DNA of 53,167 nucleotides from Dimorphilus gyrociliatus (GCA_904063045.1 CAJFCJ010000078.1:1-53167), one strand, 5' to 3'. Numbered from the stretch's first letter, positions 10,964-22,345 are shown. Notes: a model not told the origin generated them from the letters alone. Made by a program: numbers and translations.

Positions 10964-11209
10964 CTAATTTTTATTATTGCCGTCTTTTTCAAAATTTAAA
11001 TTTAGCTTTTCCATGTCAGTTTTGATGATTATAAAATCTTTTGAAATGTTTTTACAAATTGGGCACTCTGGTAGAAGACCCTGTGTACACCCTTTACAGC
11101 AAGAAACATGATTGCAAGGTAAAAGTAGTGTATTTGCCAACTTGCAAAAACATATTTTACATACAAGTTCTTGAATAATACCATAGAATTTTCTTGATTC
11201 TTCAGTCAT
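10964..11209 (-). CDS. Small IAP/MGRN-type RING-HC (C3HC4) finger protein, or terminal exon of one
   Basis: CKIC...NTLLLPCNHVSCCKGC..LLPECPICK; ATG at 11209. No BIR domain is visible upstream. Confidence 0.7.
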   Translation of the reverse strand: MTEESRKFYGIIQELVCKICFCKLANTLLLPCNHVSCCKGCTQGLLPECPICKNISKDFIIIKTDMEKLNLNFEKDGNNKN

Positions 11210-11674
11210 CTATTTTCATCAAAAAAATAACCAACTTTTATTTACAGCATTATGAAAAAATTCAAAAATTTCACCTCATTTACAAAGCAGAAACGCACTG
11301 GAATAATTCAAATTTCTTTTTATAGTAAATTTTGATGATTAATTCGAAGGTGCATTACCCTTTTTCTTAGTCATATAAAATACGGCTTGTTGAAAACGCC
11401 CATTGTGTTTTTATATATACCAAATGTTTTATAAAACTTGTAAAGACAGACAAAACAACTTTAATAACAATACATTTCAAATGTTAATACTTTTATTATA
11501 CAAAAAATTGTATATATCCATATAAAATTGATTTTTTTCATAGCAATCAATGGATCAAGCTATTATCAAACTTAAACTGTCAAAATGGCATATTCCACCT
11601 TTCGTTTACAACTCGGTTCTATTTGGACCAGTATTTACCTACAACCCCACAGCAGGAGAGTACAGTGTGTATGT

Positions 11675-11880
11675 CCACATCACCCATACAGTCCTGATTT
11701 GGCCCCATCTCATTTTTACCTGTTTGGACAACTAAAAGATCATAACAGGGGAGTTGATTGCAATAATTTGGATAAATTAGAAAAGACATTAGGGAATTTT
11801 TGAGAAAACCATTCTCCTTTTATTAGATTGGGATTATCTTGCTTCGATCCAAATGGGAGATGTGTTTGAACATAGGGGGA
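11675..11880 (+). mobile_element. Mariner transposase C-terminal relic
   Basis: PHHPYSPDLAPSHFYLFGQLKD matches the mariner HPPYSPDLAPSDFYLF motif, with the third Asp changed to His. No TIRs seen. Confidence 0.7.
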
Positions 11881-11928
11881 TTATTAAAACATGAAATAGT
11901 TAGATTTTGTAGACTATAGGCTATAATA

Positions 11929-13350
11929 CAGTATAGACAAAAAGTCCCCAGCCACCCTGTAAAATTTTTAGTTTTCATATTAAGATATACTGAATAACTA
12001 CTTTGAATTGGTAATAATAATTATTAATATGTAGAAACTAATATCCTTTACAAAAAATTATCAAAAAATTGTTTTTCTTTTAAAAAATGCAGTTTTAGTA
12101 ATTATACCTCGAAAAAAGGGGTTAGTTAAAAATGAGTCACCATCTATTTAATCAAAAACTAGGGGGCTAAGCTGCATAAATCAAATAGGAAATTATCTTA
12201 TTATAATTATATCTTTGGTTATTCAAAAAAATGGTGGTCATTGATAAAGGAATTCGTCATTTGGTTGTTGAAAAACACCAAGAAGGGCTATCGTTGAATA
12301 AAATTGCCAAAATACTAAAAATTTCGAGGATCAGTGCCCAAAATATCTGGAAAAAGTTTCAATTGCATTGTACAATTGAAGATTTACCCAGAAGTGGCAG
12401 GCCAGTCAAATTAAGCGAGCAAGATGAGAGAATATTATGCCTTATATCTAGCAGAAATCCTTTCTGGGGAGCAAAAAAATTTTGTCAGCCTCTAAATTAG
12501 CCTCAATAATATCCCTATCTACTTGCAAGAATGTTTTAAGGAAACATAACTTGAGTGGCTATGTTGCAGCAAAAAAACCCCTATTAAAAAAAAGGCATTT
12601 AATAAATAGGAGAAAGTTTTGCAAAAGACTCCTCTCTTGGAGCACAGAGCAAATTAATTCAATTGTGTTTTCAGATGAGACAAGGATAAATTTATATCCA
12701 AAACACAGGCAGTTTGTCAGAAGGCATCCAGCAGATAGATTTCAAGCAAAATATGCCATAAAAACGTTTAAAGAGGCAAATGGTTCCCTAAATATATGGG
12801 GTTTTATAAAAAGTGATGGCAGCAGAGGTATACATTTATATAAAGGTAACTTAAATTCTGAAAAATATCAAGAAATTCTTGATAAATCTTTTCTAGAGAA
12901 TTATAATAGGGACCAAGTATTCATGCAGGATGGTGCTCCATGCCATACATCTAGGAGTACCTTAAGGTATTTGGATGAAAAGAACATTAGGCACTTGCAA
13001 GACTGGCCAGCCCAGAGTCCTGACCTAAATCCTATTGAAAATTTATGGTCATACCTAAAAGGAAGGGTTGGTAAACATATGTGCACAAATGTTGATGATC
13101 TATGGAGGGTAACACAGCAAGAATTTGACAATATGATGGTGACTCAGTTTTAACCAACCCCTTTTTTCGAGGTATAATTACTAAAACTGCATTTTTTAAA
13201 AGAAAAACAATTTTTTGATAATTTTTCATAAAGGATATTAGTTTATACATATTAATCATTATTATTATCTATTAAAAGTAGTTATTCTGTATATCTTAAT
13301 ATCGAAACTAAAAATTTTACAGGGTGGCTGGGGACTTTTTGCCTATACTG
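11929..13350 (+). mobile_element. Tc1-like DNA transposon with ~215-bp TIRs; transposase frameshifted and C-terminally truncated
   Basis: TA TSDs at 11927-11928 and 13351-13352. TIRs 11929-12143 and 13136-13350 (CAGTATAG(A/G)CAAAAAGTCCCCAGCCACCCTGTAAAA...). ORFs 12231-12500 (HTH, GRP) and 12482-13153 (FSDE, QDGAP, SPDLNPIENLW) are offset at an A7 run near 12472-12479. The ORF stops inside the right TIR. Confidence 0.93.
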
Positions 13351-13559
13351 TATGTATTGTATGCTTTTGCTGTTTTTAGACAAATATTCATCGAGTAAAA
13401 ACTAGCAGCTAGGTCCATACAAGATGTTTTCTAATACAACAAATGAAATGAAGCAATTAATGGGAAGATCAGAAGTGAAATGGCATTCTGCTTTCTAGTA
13501 GATGAAAGAGTAAGCTCTTCTATTACTTGATCTTCAGTTTGATCACATGAACTGAAATC

Positions 13560-13702
13560 AATTTCTTTTAGATTAATTGACAAATGATCAAATCTATCAA
13601 ACATTTCTCAAATTCCATTTCTGATATGACTATTTTCTTGTAAGCTGCTTAATTCCATATTACAAGTAAGATTGCATTCACTGATATGAACTTCTGTTAA
13701 AC
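13560..13702 (-). pseudogene. Relic LRR of the TRIM-LRR family type
   Basis: Minus-strand translation TEVHISECNLTCNMELSSLQENSHIRNGI*EMFDRFDHLSINLKKL resembles LSENTGIGNGIFNLFEGFKMSSNTLKNI of 22883-23530. Confidence 0.45.
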
Positions 13703-14153
13703 TGTTTGTACTTTATTGCAAAGATTAAGTTTTGAGTAAAATGAGCTTCTTGTTCTAAACAAGCAAGTTTATACAACTAGCTAATGGTTGAAGAATTGAG
13801 CTTTTTACTGTTAGAGTTCTATTCTTACAAAATGGAATTCTTTGTAAAGTTCTGTTATCTCTTATTTCAAATATTTATATTAATGTGTCAATACTTCTAG
13901 GTGTGAGGGATTCCATCTGAGGGCCAGCAGGGCAATTGAAAATGGATAGAAAATGCAAAATTTTTATTGATATCTTGTACCATCTTGTACCATCATGTAT
14001 TGGCTCACTTATACACTAACTGCTAAGCATGGTAAGAAAAATATTTCTACACAGGAAAACCAGCGTGGGAAAATTGCATGATACGATTATATCTATTGTC
14101 TAAAATGTATAAATAGAGTTGGCTAAAAATAAATTTTTCATCATGAAATAAAA

Positions 14154-17100
14154 ATGAGGCTGATTCACATATTTTCTTTTTTATTTCTACTGTTAGCTGG
14201 TAAAATCAACTGTTTATTTGAATTGAAAGTTGAGACCCAGGCTGTTGGTGTAGAAGGACAAAAAATAGCCATTGGTCTACGACAAATTTCAGGAACACCA
14301 TCATGCAGGTTTGTATTAAAATTTTTATATATAAATGGGTTAAACTTTCTATTTTAAAGTATATCTACTTCAAAACCAAACGGAACAGTAATTCATGCTG
14401 TCACAAAATTGGTTAATTCAGAATATGTTTCCTACGAAGTTCCAAGTACTGAAATTGGGAGTATAACTGAGAGTTTCTTGGCAAAAATTACCTTTTACAT
14501 GTACACTAGGTTCAGACACAGCAGTTTTTTCACTTCAGAACTTGGTCTGACAATGACAAATTGAAATGTCAAGTCAGCAAGCATCACCAATTACTTTTGG
14601 TGTAAAAGATGGTTCTGGTTCTGTCACTTGCACGTGAGTTAAAAAACAAGCACTTTTTAAAATATTCTTAATTTTCTCTTCAAGTTCAGCACTGAATCTA
14701 CAGATCCTTCGAAAGCAACAATAGATATAGGCGGACCATTTTCTCCTGGTATTAGTATTCAAAATATTATAGCCACAAAGGCTGGTTCAAGTGACTTTGC
14801 ACATATGAATCATTTAAAGTATGAATAGTTTAAGATATATTCTAACATGAAATTAAATAAAAATAATTAGTGAATTTTAAGAAAATTCGACAAGTTTGAA
14901 AATCATCCCATCATTTCATGAAAGCAGCATGGTGTCAAGTAATATTTCTAAAAAAACATCAAAATAAATAACACTAGTTTCAAATGTAATCTCTGTCATC
15001 ATAATTACCATAAGAAGTGTGTTAATGGTTAGTTTCAGTAGTTTTATTTGTCAAACATTTATAATTTATTAAACAAGCTCTGAGAAATGTCTTTGCTCAG
15101 TCTGTTTAAGAATGTCATAATGCCATTTAAAAATGTATAAAAAATGTGATCAACAATATACTGATAAAGCTGCAGAAAATGCCATTGATAGCAATAGTCC
15201 AAATGATTATCAAATACTATTTAATTATGATTTGTATAATGAACAGGAGATGAATACTGATAATCCTTCAGTTGATTTTACAAATTCAAGTAAAGGAGCT
15301 TGGCTATAGTAGAAGACTACAAAAATATAATAGGAGAGTGGTATGAGGATGATATTAGCCACTCCATTTCTTCCTGGTAATATCATTAATCATCATTTTA
15401 AAAAGATTAAAAGAAATTTAAAAAGTCATCTAATTGATGTTTATCAAAAGCTACTATCAGAACAAAAGATCTGTAGGATACAAAAAATAATTTATGCCAA
15501 CATTTGGAAGAAAATTTATGAATTTTGGGATGAATTTGAAAATGGTGATATTTGTGCTGGTGAACTATTGGAAAAATGTTCACCAGCTTATCATGTATAA
15601 ATCTGTTTGCCATCAATGTTTCTGCTCTAAATAAATAAGCCTGTGTCTTCAGCATATGGTATTGAATAAGATGTAACAACTTTGGCATGAATCTTTTCCA
15701 TGTTCTTGTTCCTTTGATAATTCCCAAGTAGCCATCATCTGTTACAGTCAAAGAGTCTATTTGATACGAAATAGAATTATTTCGATAGTTGCACCATTCT
15801 AATTCCTATGAAACTTTCAAAGACAAAGTAAAGGTCCGCCTGGATCATCCTAACATTTAAATATATTAGTATTTTTAATAAGAACTGATATTCCCTTCCT
15901 CAAAATAGAATATCCAGCAGATATCATCTGAGGGAATGTTTGTTAGTTTTTTCCAATATTGAGTATCATTATCAAGTGGAGGTTTTGTTGCAAATAGAGG
16001 ATTCATTGCTTGTTTTGTTGTTAAAAGTTTTTCTGGGAAAGTATGTTTAATATTACCAAGCACTAAAACCTAAACTGCTAGTTATAACTTTTTCCTATAT
16101 GAATGTCCAAAGAAATTTAAATGCTTCAAAACTACATGGCTTTTTCTAATTTTTTTGTGCTGATATCTGTTTGGATTAAAAGAGAGCACCTTAAACTTTT
16201 TATTCAAAAAAATAATTTCTTATGCTAATTTCTGTTTGTCCAATTTTGTAAACTTTTCCATGAATAGGCCTATCACATTAAAATATCAATATTTCAGAAA
16301 ACAAAAAACATATATTTTCTCTCTATAATGATAAGAATTAGAATTATTAGAATTTCTTATTGATAAAAACTTTAACAAAAGAAAAACGTCTTTTGAAAAT
16401 ATAAAAATTAAACCTCTCAGAATGGGAATTTTTAAGAAAGTGCAACATATTTGGATGATATTTTATCTCATTTTCCATAACTGAACCATTGGATATCTTG
16501 TGTTCGTTTTTCATTCTTACTGTACAAATTAATGAGGAGAGTAAGTTTCTGTTATTTTTACATCCATTAAGCATTTTTTATCTGAAAGCACATGCCCTAA
16601 TTGTTCTCTAAAAATTATACAAGGCAACTCTTTTATGTACACAATGATTTACTCTAAATATCTTAAACTATAAATCAAACATTTGACATACAGAAACAGT
16701 GTTAACATTATACGTGATTACAGAGAGGTCGTCATATTGAAATTTTAAATGAATGGCTTGTACAATTTTATATCATTCACAATATTACACATAAAAAAGT
16801 AAAACAGCCCATATTTTGTTAAAGGGTTAGGTTAAAATGAATGTTGTTGCAAATATCTACAGTTTTGTGGTTTCACCCTAACCCTAACCCAGCTCACAAC
16901 CCTGTTTTAAGCACTTCATCATTCCTAACCTTTAGTTTATACCTACCTAATTACAAATCAATTGCTTAAATACTTCCTAATTCATTCCCAACCCAAAATC
17001 TTATCCAAAAATAACTTCAAAATGGTGATTTTCAACAGGTAAAATCATAGATTTATGGCCATTTGCTACCATATCCATTTAATCTGAATACAATTTCACC

Positions 17101-18984
17101 TGCCCTTATTCAAGAAGAATAAATAAGACTCAGTTAAATATCTTACAGAAAATGGGAAAAAAATCTAAAAAAATCATTTTTATTTCATACTGACAGTTTT
17201 AATTAATTTTATCAAGTCAATTGATTTCTAAAAATAAATCAAACCATCCAACAAAGAAGTATTTGTATTTTAAAAAAAAATTATCCTCATATATATTTCC
17301 GTGTGTTTGAAGGCAAAAAGAGTCAAAAACTGAAAATGAAGAGTAAACTAGATTGTGTTTCATTTTCACTGATTTTTCTAAGCATTTTTTGCTGTTTGTA
17401 AAAAACAAACCATTTTTTATTTGAAAAAAATAAAGCTAATGTTACTCTTTTTACAGCTAATTTAAGGCAGGATTTCAAGCAATATTTGCAAAAGAATCTG
17501 GAACAACTATCTCTCTATCAAAACCTTCAGGCCTTCCAAATTGCGAGTTTGTTGATTTACTACTGAATTATATAAATTAAAGAGTGCTTAATTAAATATC
17601 TCAATGTTTACTTTAGCTTCAGAATAACAAAACCCGATGGAACTGAGCTCTATAAAGCATCTTTATCAGTAATGGATGATGTTCAACACAATGTCCCTGC
17701 TAAACACTTTGAAAGTATAACAGAAAAGACGATGATTACTCATAGTTTCATATGTACTGATGGAAAAACAGATGCTAAATCTTTTATCTTTAAATCCATA
17801 GTTTTTACAACAAATGGTTTAAAATTTGTTTCACTTCTAAAAACAAATGAACACATCTTTTGATTTGAATTTCAATTCTAGATTTAGGAGACATAGATAT
17901 GTTTAAAATCACCTTAGAAATTCCAGCTTCTGAAGTATCATCGAGAGTTGTGTCGCTCTATTTTCTAGGTGTTAAATTGAATTGCCAGTGTGTATTACTC
18001 TAATTATTTTGAAAGTGTAAAATATAATAAAAATACACATTAGGGTTAATGTAAATCTTTTATGCCTTTTTTAGATATTCAGTCCCTAATCCTTATGAAG
18101 CATACTTAGATACAACCAAAAACTCTTTCTCTGATACAGATATTTATCGTATTAAAGCTACCAAACTTGAATTCACAAAGTCAACATTGATGCGATTAAG
18201 TTGTGAAACGCCTGGCTCTTTTACATTCAGTCTTGATGTTCCAATTTATTTTGCTCCAAATAGTGATCCATGGCCTTCTGCATCAGGTGATCCACATTTT
18301 AAGCAAATTGTTTTAGATTATTCAGGTCCAACTACTAAATCCATATGTTATGATGTTACTGGATCACCTGGAGATTATTTATATATTGCTGGCTTTAGTT
18401 TAAGTGGTATTCAAATTTATGGACAGCTTAAGGATGACTACTACATTCATAGGATTTTTATAAAATCTGATTCAAATAAAATAACTGTTTCAACAAATTA
18501 TATAACTCTTGACAATGGAAAATTATTTAACTGGACTGGTAATATGCAAAAGACTAGCTTTAAATCTAAACATTTTCAATATCTGATTACTGGAAAATAT
18601 GTCTTTATAACATCTGAAGAACATCCAGAAAACACAATTAAAATACAAAAGTCTCTACATTCCTTATCAGAAATTCACTTAGATGCAAGTTTTAAACTCT
18701 CACCAAGTGATTATAAAGAAATGGATGGACTTATTGGTGATATTGGGAAAAAGAATTACAAATTTCACTCAGAAGTTCAATTGGATGGTAATATTGGATC
18801 AAAGTTCATTTCGATTGACATTGACGACAATTTAATGAAGGGAGAAAGGGTGGAGAGAAACAAGGAAGAATGTTGGCTGATTAATGTGAATGATATTTTA
18901 AAACCATTTAAAATATCAAAGTATCTATACAAAAATGTGGATGCTTTTGAAAAAACCACCCAAAATTTTATGAATCTACCATAA
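14154..18984 (+). CDS. Probable multi-exon secreted protein ending in an inter-alpha-trypsin-inhibitor heavy-chain C-terminal-like domain (GDPH)
   Basis: Signal peptide MRLIHIFSFLFLLLAGKINC. Candidate exons at about 14154-14308, 14360-14633, 14690-14818, 17469-17548, 17618-17817, 17882-17965 and 18073-18984. The last exon has SASGDPHFKQ...ICYDVTGSPGDYL. Apparent 1-nt insertion near 14558-14560. Joining across the 14.8-17.4 kb transposon-filled gap is not fully phase-resolved. Confidence 0.55.
15343..15600 (+). mobile_element. Internally deleted MULE transposase relic
   Basis: MILATPFLPGNII... fused directly to QKLLSEQK...IYEFWDEFENGDICAGELLEKC, matching two separated segments of the 35 kb MULE C-terminus. 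Confidence 0.65.
15630..16063 (-). mobile_element. Dispersed transposase-like relic, copy 3 (same family as 5078-5540 and 31987-32445)
   Basis: Minus strand GGAATTATCAAAGGAACAAG-AACATGGAAAAGATTCATGCCAAAGTTGTTACATCTTATTCAA...CAGGCTTATTT matches the other two copies. Upstream frames read SDDICWIFYFEEG and DDPGGPLL. Confidence 0.6.
16839..17076 (-). mobile_element. Degenerate relative of the TTAGGG MITE family
   Basis: CCCTAACCCTAACCCAGC at about 16876-16893. The right end ATTTATGGCCATTTGCTACCATATCC matches the end of the 35940-36146 copy. No TSD found. Confidence 0.5.
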
Positions 18985-19519
18985 CCAATTTCTGGATCTT
19001 GTATGGATTCAGCAGAGTACACCATCTATTTGCAAACTTGGACTAGAGTCAAAAATTCTGTCTAAAAAACATAAAGGTTGTCAACACTTTGAAGACTATT
19101 TTACTATATATTTATTGAGCTTAAAAATTATAATATTGCTATTATATTTCAAACATATAAGAATACAATTTTGGGAAAATGCCTTTTCTTCATTTCAGCC
19201 CTTACCTAACCTTCCATTAAAGGAGCAGGCTAATTTCGATCCATTTTATTCATATTTCCATTTAATCCATATAGGAAACCATCATTTATAAAGTTGTTCA
19301 AATAGGTATTATTTAGACTGCAATCTCTATTATTAGTTTCCACTACATCCGAAACTATGTTCTCTAATGGCTCAGAAATGTCAAAATTGACAAAAAGTCG
19401 TTTTCAGCAGGTGTAGGAGAGCCTTGAAAATTAGGCGTAAAAGCATTTTACGCAATAAATGTAGGTGGAGTTTTCATAATAGGGGAGAGCATATTTTATA
19501 AAGCAAGCAAATGCAGGCT

Positions 19520-21753
19520 TTACGCAGAAGGTGTAGATGTTTCAAATCCATCTAGCCTATCATTACATTCTGGAATAAACTGACTCCTGTGACTCCTGCA
19601 ATATTTAAATAGAAATAAAAAAAAAAGCATCCTATCATTTACACAAAAGAAATCAATATACCTTTCAATTGGTCTAAGACGAACTTGATACTTTACCTTC
19701 TCTACCTGATAGCAATCATCTACAACTGATCAAAAAATACATTAAAATTACTTTAATTAATGAAAAAACATTTTTTACATGATTCTTCATCATCACAGTT
19801 TAGGGCTTCTCTGAAAGATTTCAATTCTAATGACTGATTTTCAATAGGACTAAGCACAACGTTTCCTTCGGCAACTAGTTTTCTTCTAGTTTCATAGATT
19901 TCTATTTCATTTAGTGTCTCAAATAAATCCAAGTAATTCTGATCTAATTCCTCAAAACTCAAAAAGATCCGTAGTTGATAAATTTCATTTTGTTGTTTCA
20001 CAGCCAGTGTAAAATTTGCTTTTGGTGTTGCACTATGAGTTGCTTTCATTCCACGCTCAGCAAAACGGATAAGAAAGGTTCCATTGTCATAATCTGCAAG
20101 AATTTTTTCTGCGTATCCCTTACTTATAAAACCATAAACCAATCTAAATAAAAAACCATACTAGTTTTTAATGGTATGAATTAAAACTCAAGAATTATTC
20201 TTCTTTTACCTCCTCTTCCAAAATGTATTTACTTTTCCTGCTCTTAATGAATTGATACACGCCACAAACCAACGCCAAGGTGTAAAATTTGTTATAAAAT
20301 ACTTTTTCTATTTGTATGAAGAAATTCTGATAAGTGAAATGAAATGTTCAAAAAGTATTTATTCTTACTGTTAAAAGATCATTAAGAGTGATGGTACTGT
20401 CATCATTCTCCAACACTGGTAAAAAAATTGAAGATAAAAATGAAAATATTATTTGTGAAAATTTTCAATACTTACTGAATCTATGTCTTAAATAGTTGAT
20501 TTGTGTAGATGTTAGATGTCTTCCAGTATTTGCATGGTAATAATCTAACAATAAATTCTTAAATTCATTCCATGGTTTCTCAACAGCTTCTCCAAAAAAT
20601 CTAAGCCAGCTCATAGTTGCTTTAGCTTGAACAACCTGTGATGTCTGCGAAATGATTACAAATGCTCTTGTACTAATAAACAATTTCAATTTGTGATTAT
20701 TCCACACGAATTCGTTCAAGTAAACATGTAAATAATATCTGAAGGCTGCCACTACGTTATCCTTATCTGTTTTCGGTCTATCCTTAATTTCAACAGTCTT
20801 CTTTAAGCCTAGATCAAATTCGAAATTCATCATTTCATTACAATCTAAAACTCTTCTTGGAATTTTATTGTGAAGTTCAAAGGAAGATTGTTGCTTCTCT
20901 TCCATGATGTTTGTTTCAGTTATTCCTGTTGAATCTGGCACCTTCAGAGCCTCACTGCACAGGAAACGTACAATAAAGGGAGTCTTTGTGGCCTGTCGCT
21001 TTTCTGCCTTGACTGTTTCTGTTGTTGGTAGTAAGATGATCAGGAATTGGTTTATTAACTGTTCAAGATCATCATATAACATATCTGAAGCTGTTTTGAG
21101 GTGATCATGAAAAATCTTAGAAGTCTGTTTATCCATAAACAAGTTTGGATTATCAAGCAAGTTGGAATGCACTAAAAGTTCATTATTTTTAACCAATGTT
21201 TGTATGATCATGTCAAACTCCTGTATTGATTTAATAAATTCAGACATTCTGCAAAAAAGCATTTTGTAAAAGTTTACCAGTTTACAAAAGAAATATTGAC
21301 TTACACTTTATCCAGTGCATTTATACATTTAACTGAGATTTCACTGAAGTTTCTTTCCTCATTTTTAAATTTAATACATTCATGAAAAAAGAGTGATGTG
21401 GCATTATGAGTTGTGTTCACTATCCCGTTCACTTGTTCGATAAAACTCTATGGACAAAAGTTTATTGGTAAACATCGTAGATGTGTTTATGTTTTATTAT
21501 TACCTTGAAGAAAGTAACATTTTCATCTATTTGGTTAGACCAATCAAACATTTTCCATTGATAAACACACTCCTACAATAAAGGAAAATTACTCATCGGG
21601 GGAAAATCAATTTACTTTTCTATATATATTATAATATTACATTTATTTCTGATTGTATAAGCAGAAGCATTGCTCTTTCCTTTAATTCATCTTCATACTC
21701 CTTATTAATCAACGAGAAAACTGAATTCTTGTCAATTTGTTGTCCCTTGGCAT
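19520..21753 (-). CDS. STAT: STAT transcription factor, copy A (coiled-coil, DNA-binding, linker, SH2, pTyr segment; tail truncated by premature stop)
   Basis: DBD motifs KTPFIVRFL and STRAFVIISQTSQVVQAKATMSW (cf. SLPVVVIVHGSQ..NATATVLW); linker NFTPWRWF; SH2 GTFLIRFAE with the conserved Arg; Tyr in DDCYQVEK (codon 19709-19711). Eight phase-consistent GT-AG introns traced. TAA at 19520-19522. The 5' end is uncertain; an upstream exon near 21827-21860 is possible. Confidence 0.88.
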
Positions 21754-22234
21754 TTCTATGCAAAAAAATCATCATCACAATTTTAAATTCCAATATTTTA
21801 ATCTAATGTGAAAGTAGAAATTCTCACCCTTCAGCCATTTTTCAATATTGATGTGCTATTCCAACAATCTCTTTGATAAGCACAATTAATATGTCGTAAT
21901 AAATTTTTATCCAGAAATTACATCTGTGCTGAAAAGTAAATGTTTTAACTCTGCTTGTGTATTATTTCCAACAGCACCCTGGTGACAACTGGCAGAGTCA
22001 GAATTCCATTTCCGGATTGGTCAATAGATGGAAAAAATAGGTTGTATTAGAAGTTATTCCAAAATGAATAGAAACAAATATTACATAATTTTTCACTGAT
22101 TCAAACAATTGAAAACATGTTTTGTAAAACAATGATATAACTGAAATTTCTTACTTTCGTATTAAACCGGATACGGAAATAGCAGACGTAAGATTGATTA
22201 TAAACAGCCTAGGTAACATTTTCGAGAAACCGCT
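20298..22234. repeat. 1937-bp near-identical block duplicated at 46347-48283 (offset 26,049), inside an older ~3.3-kb duplication (about 19090-22449 vs 45100-48386)
   Basis: ORFs 20465-21262 and 46514-47311 encode identical proteins. About four differing sites seen by eye (21716, about 21828-21834, 21910, 22027). Flanks are homologous but clearly diverged. Confidence 0.95.
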
Positions 22235-22345
22235 CATATATAATTATATAACCGAAATTTCTTATTTTCCTATGAAACCGGATACGGAAATAGGAGACAT
22301 AAGCTTGATTATAAGAGGCCTAGATAAACATTTTCGAGAAATCGC
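22133..22345 (+). repeat. 111-bp tandem duplication upstream of STAT-A (single copy upstream of STAT-B)
   Basis: AAACCGGATACGGAAATA at 22164 and 22275; CATTTTCGAGAAA.CGCT ends both units. Only one unit is present at 48182-48283. Confidence 0.88.

Noticed and set aside
12468-12490. Programmed ribosomal frameshift in the Tc1 transposase
   Set aside because: Not a known feature of Tc1 elements. A one-base loss in an A-run (mutation or sequencing error) is simpler, and the ORF is also truncated.
22220-22231. TTTTCGAGAAA upstream of both STATs as an autoregulatory GAS site
   Set aside because: Spacing is TTC-N2-GAA rather than the canonical N3/N4, and TT-N5-AA matches are expected by chance at this AT content.
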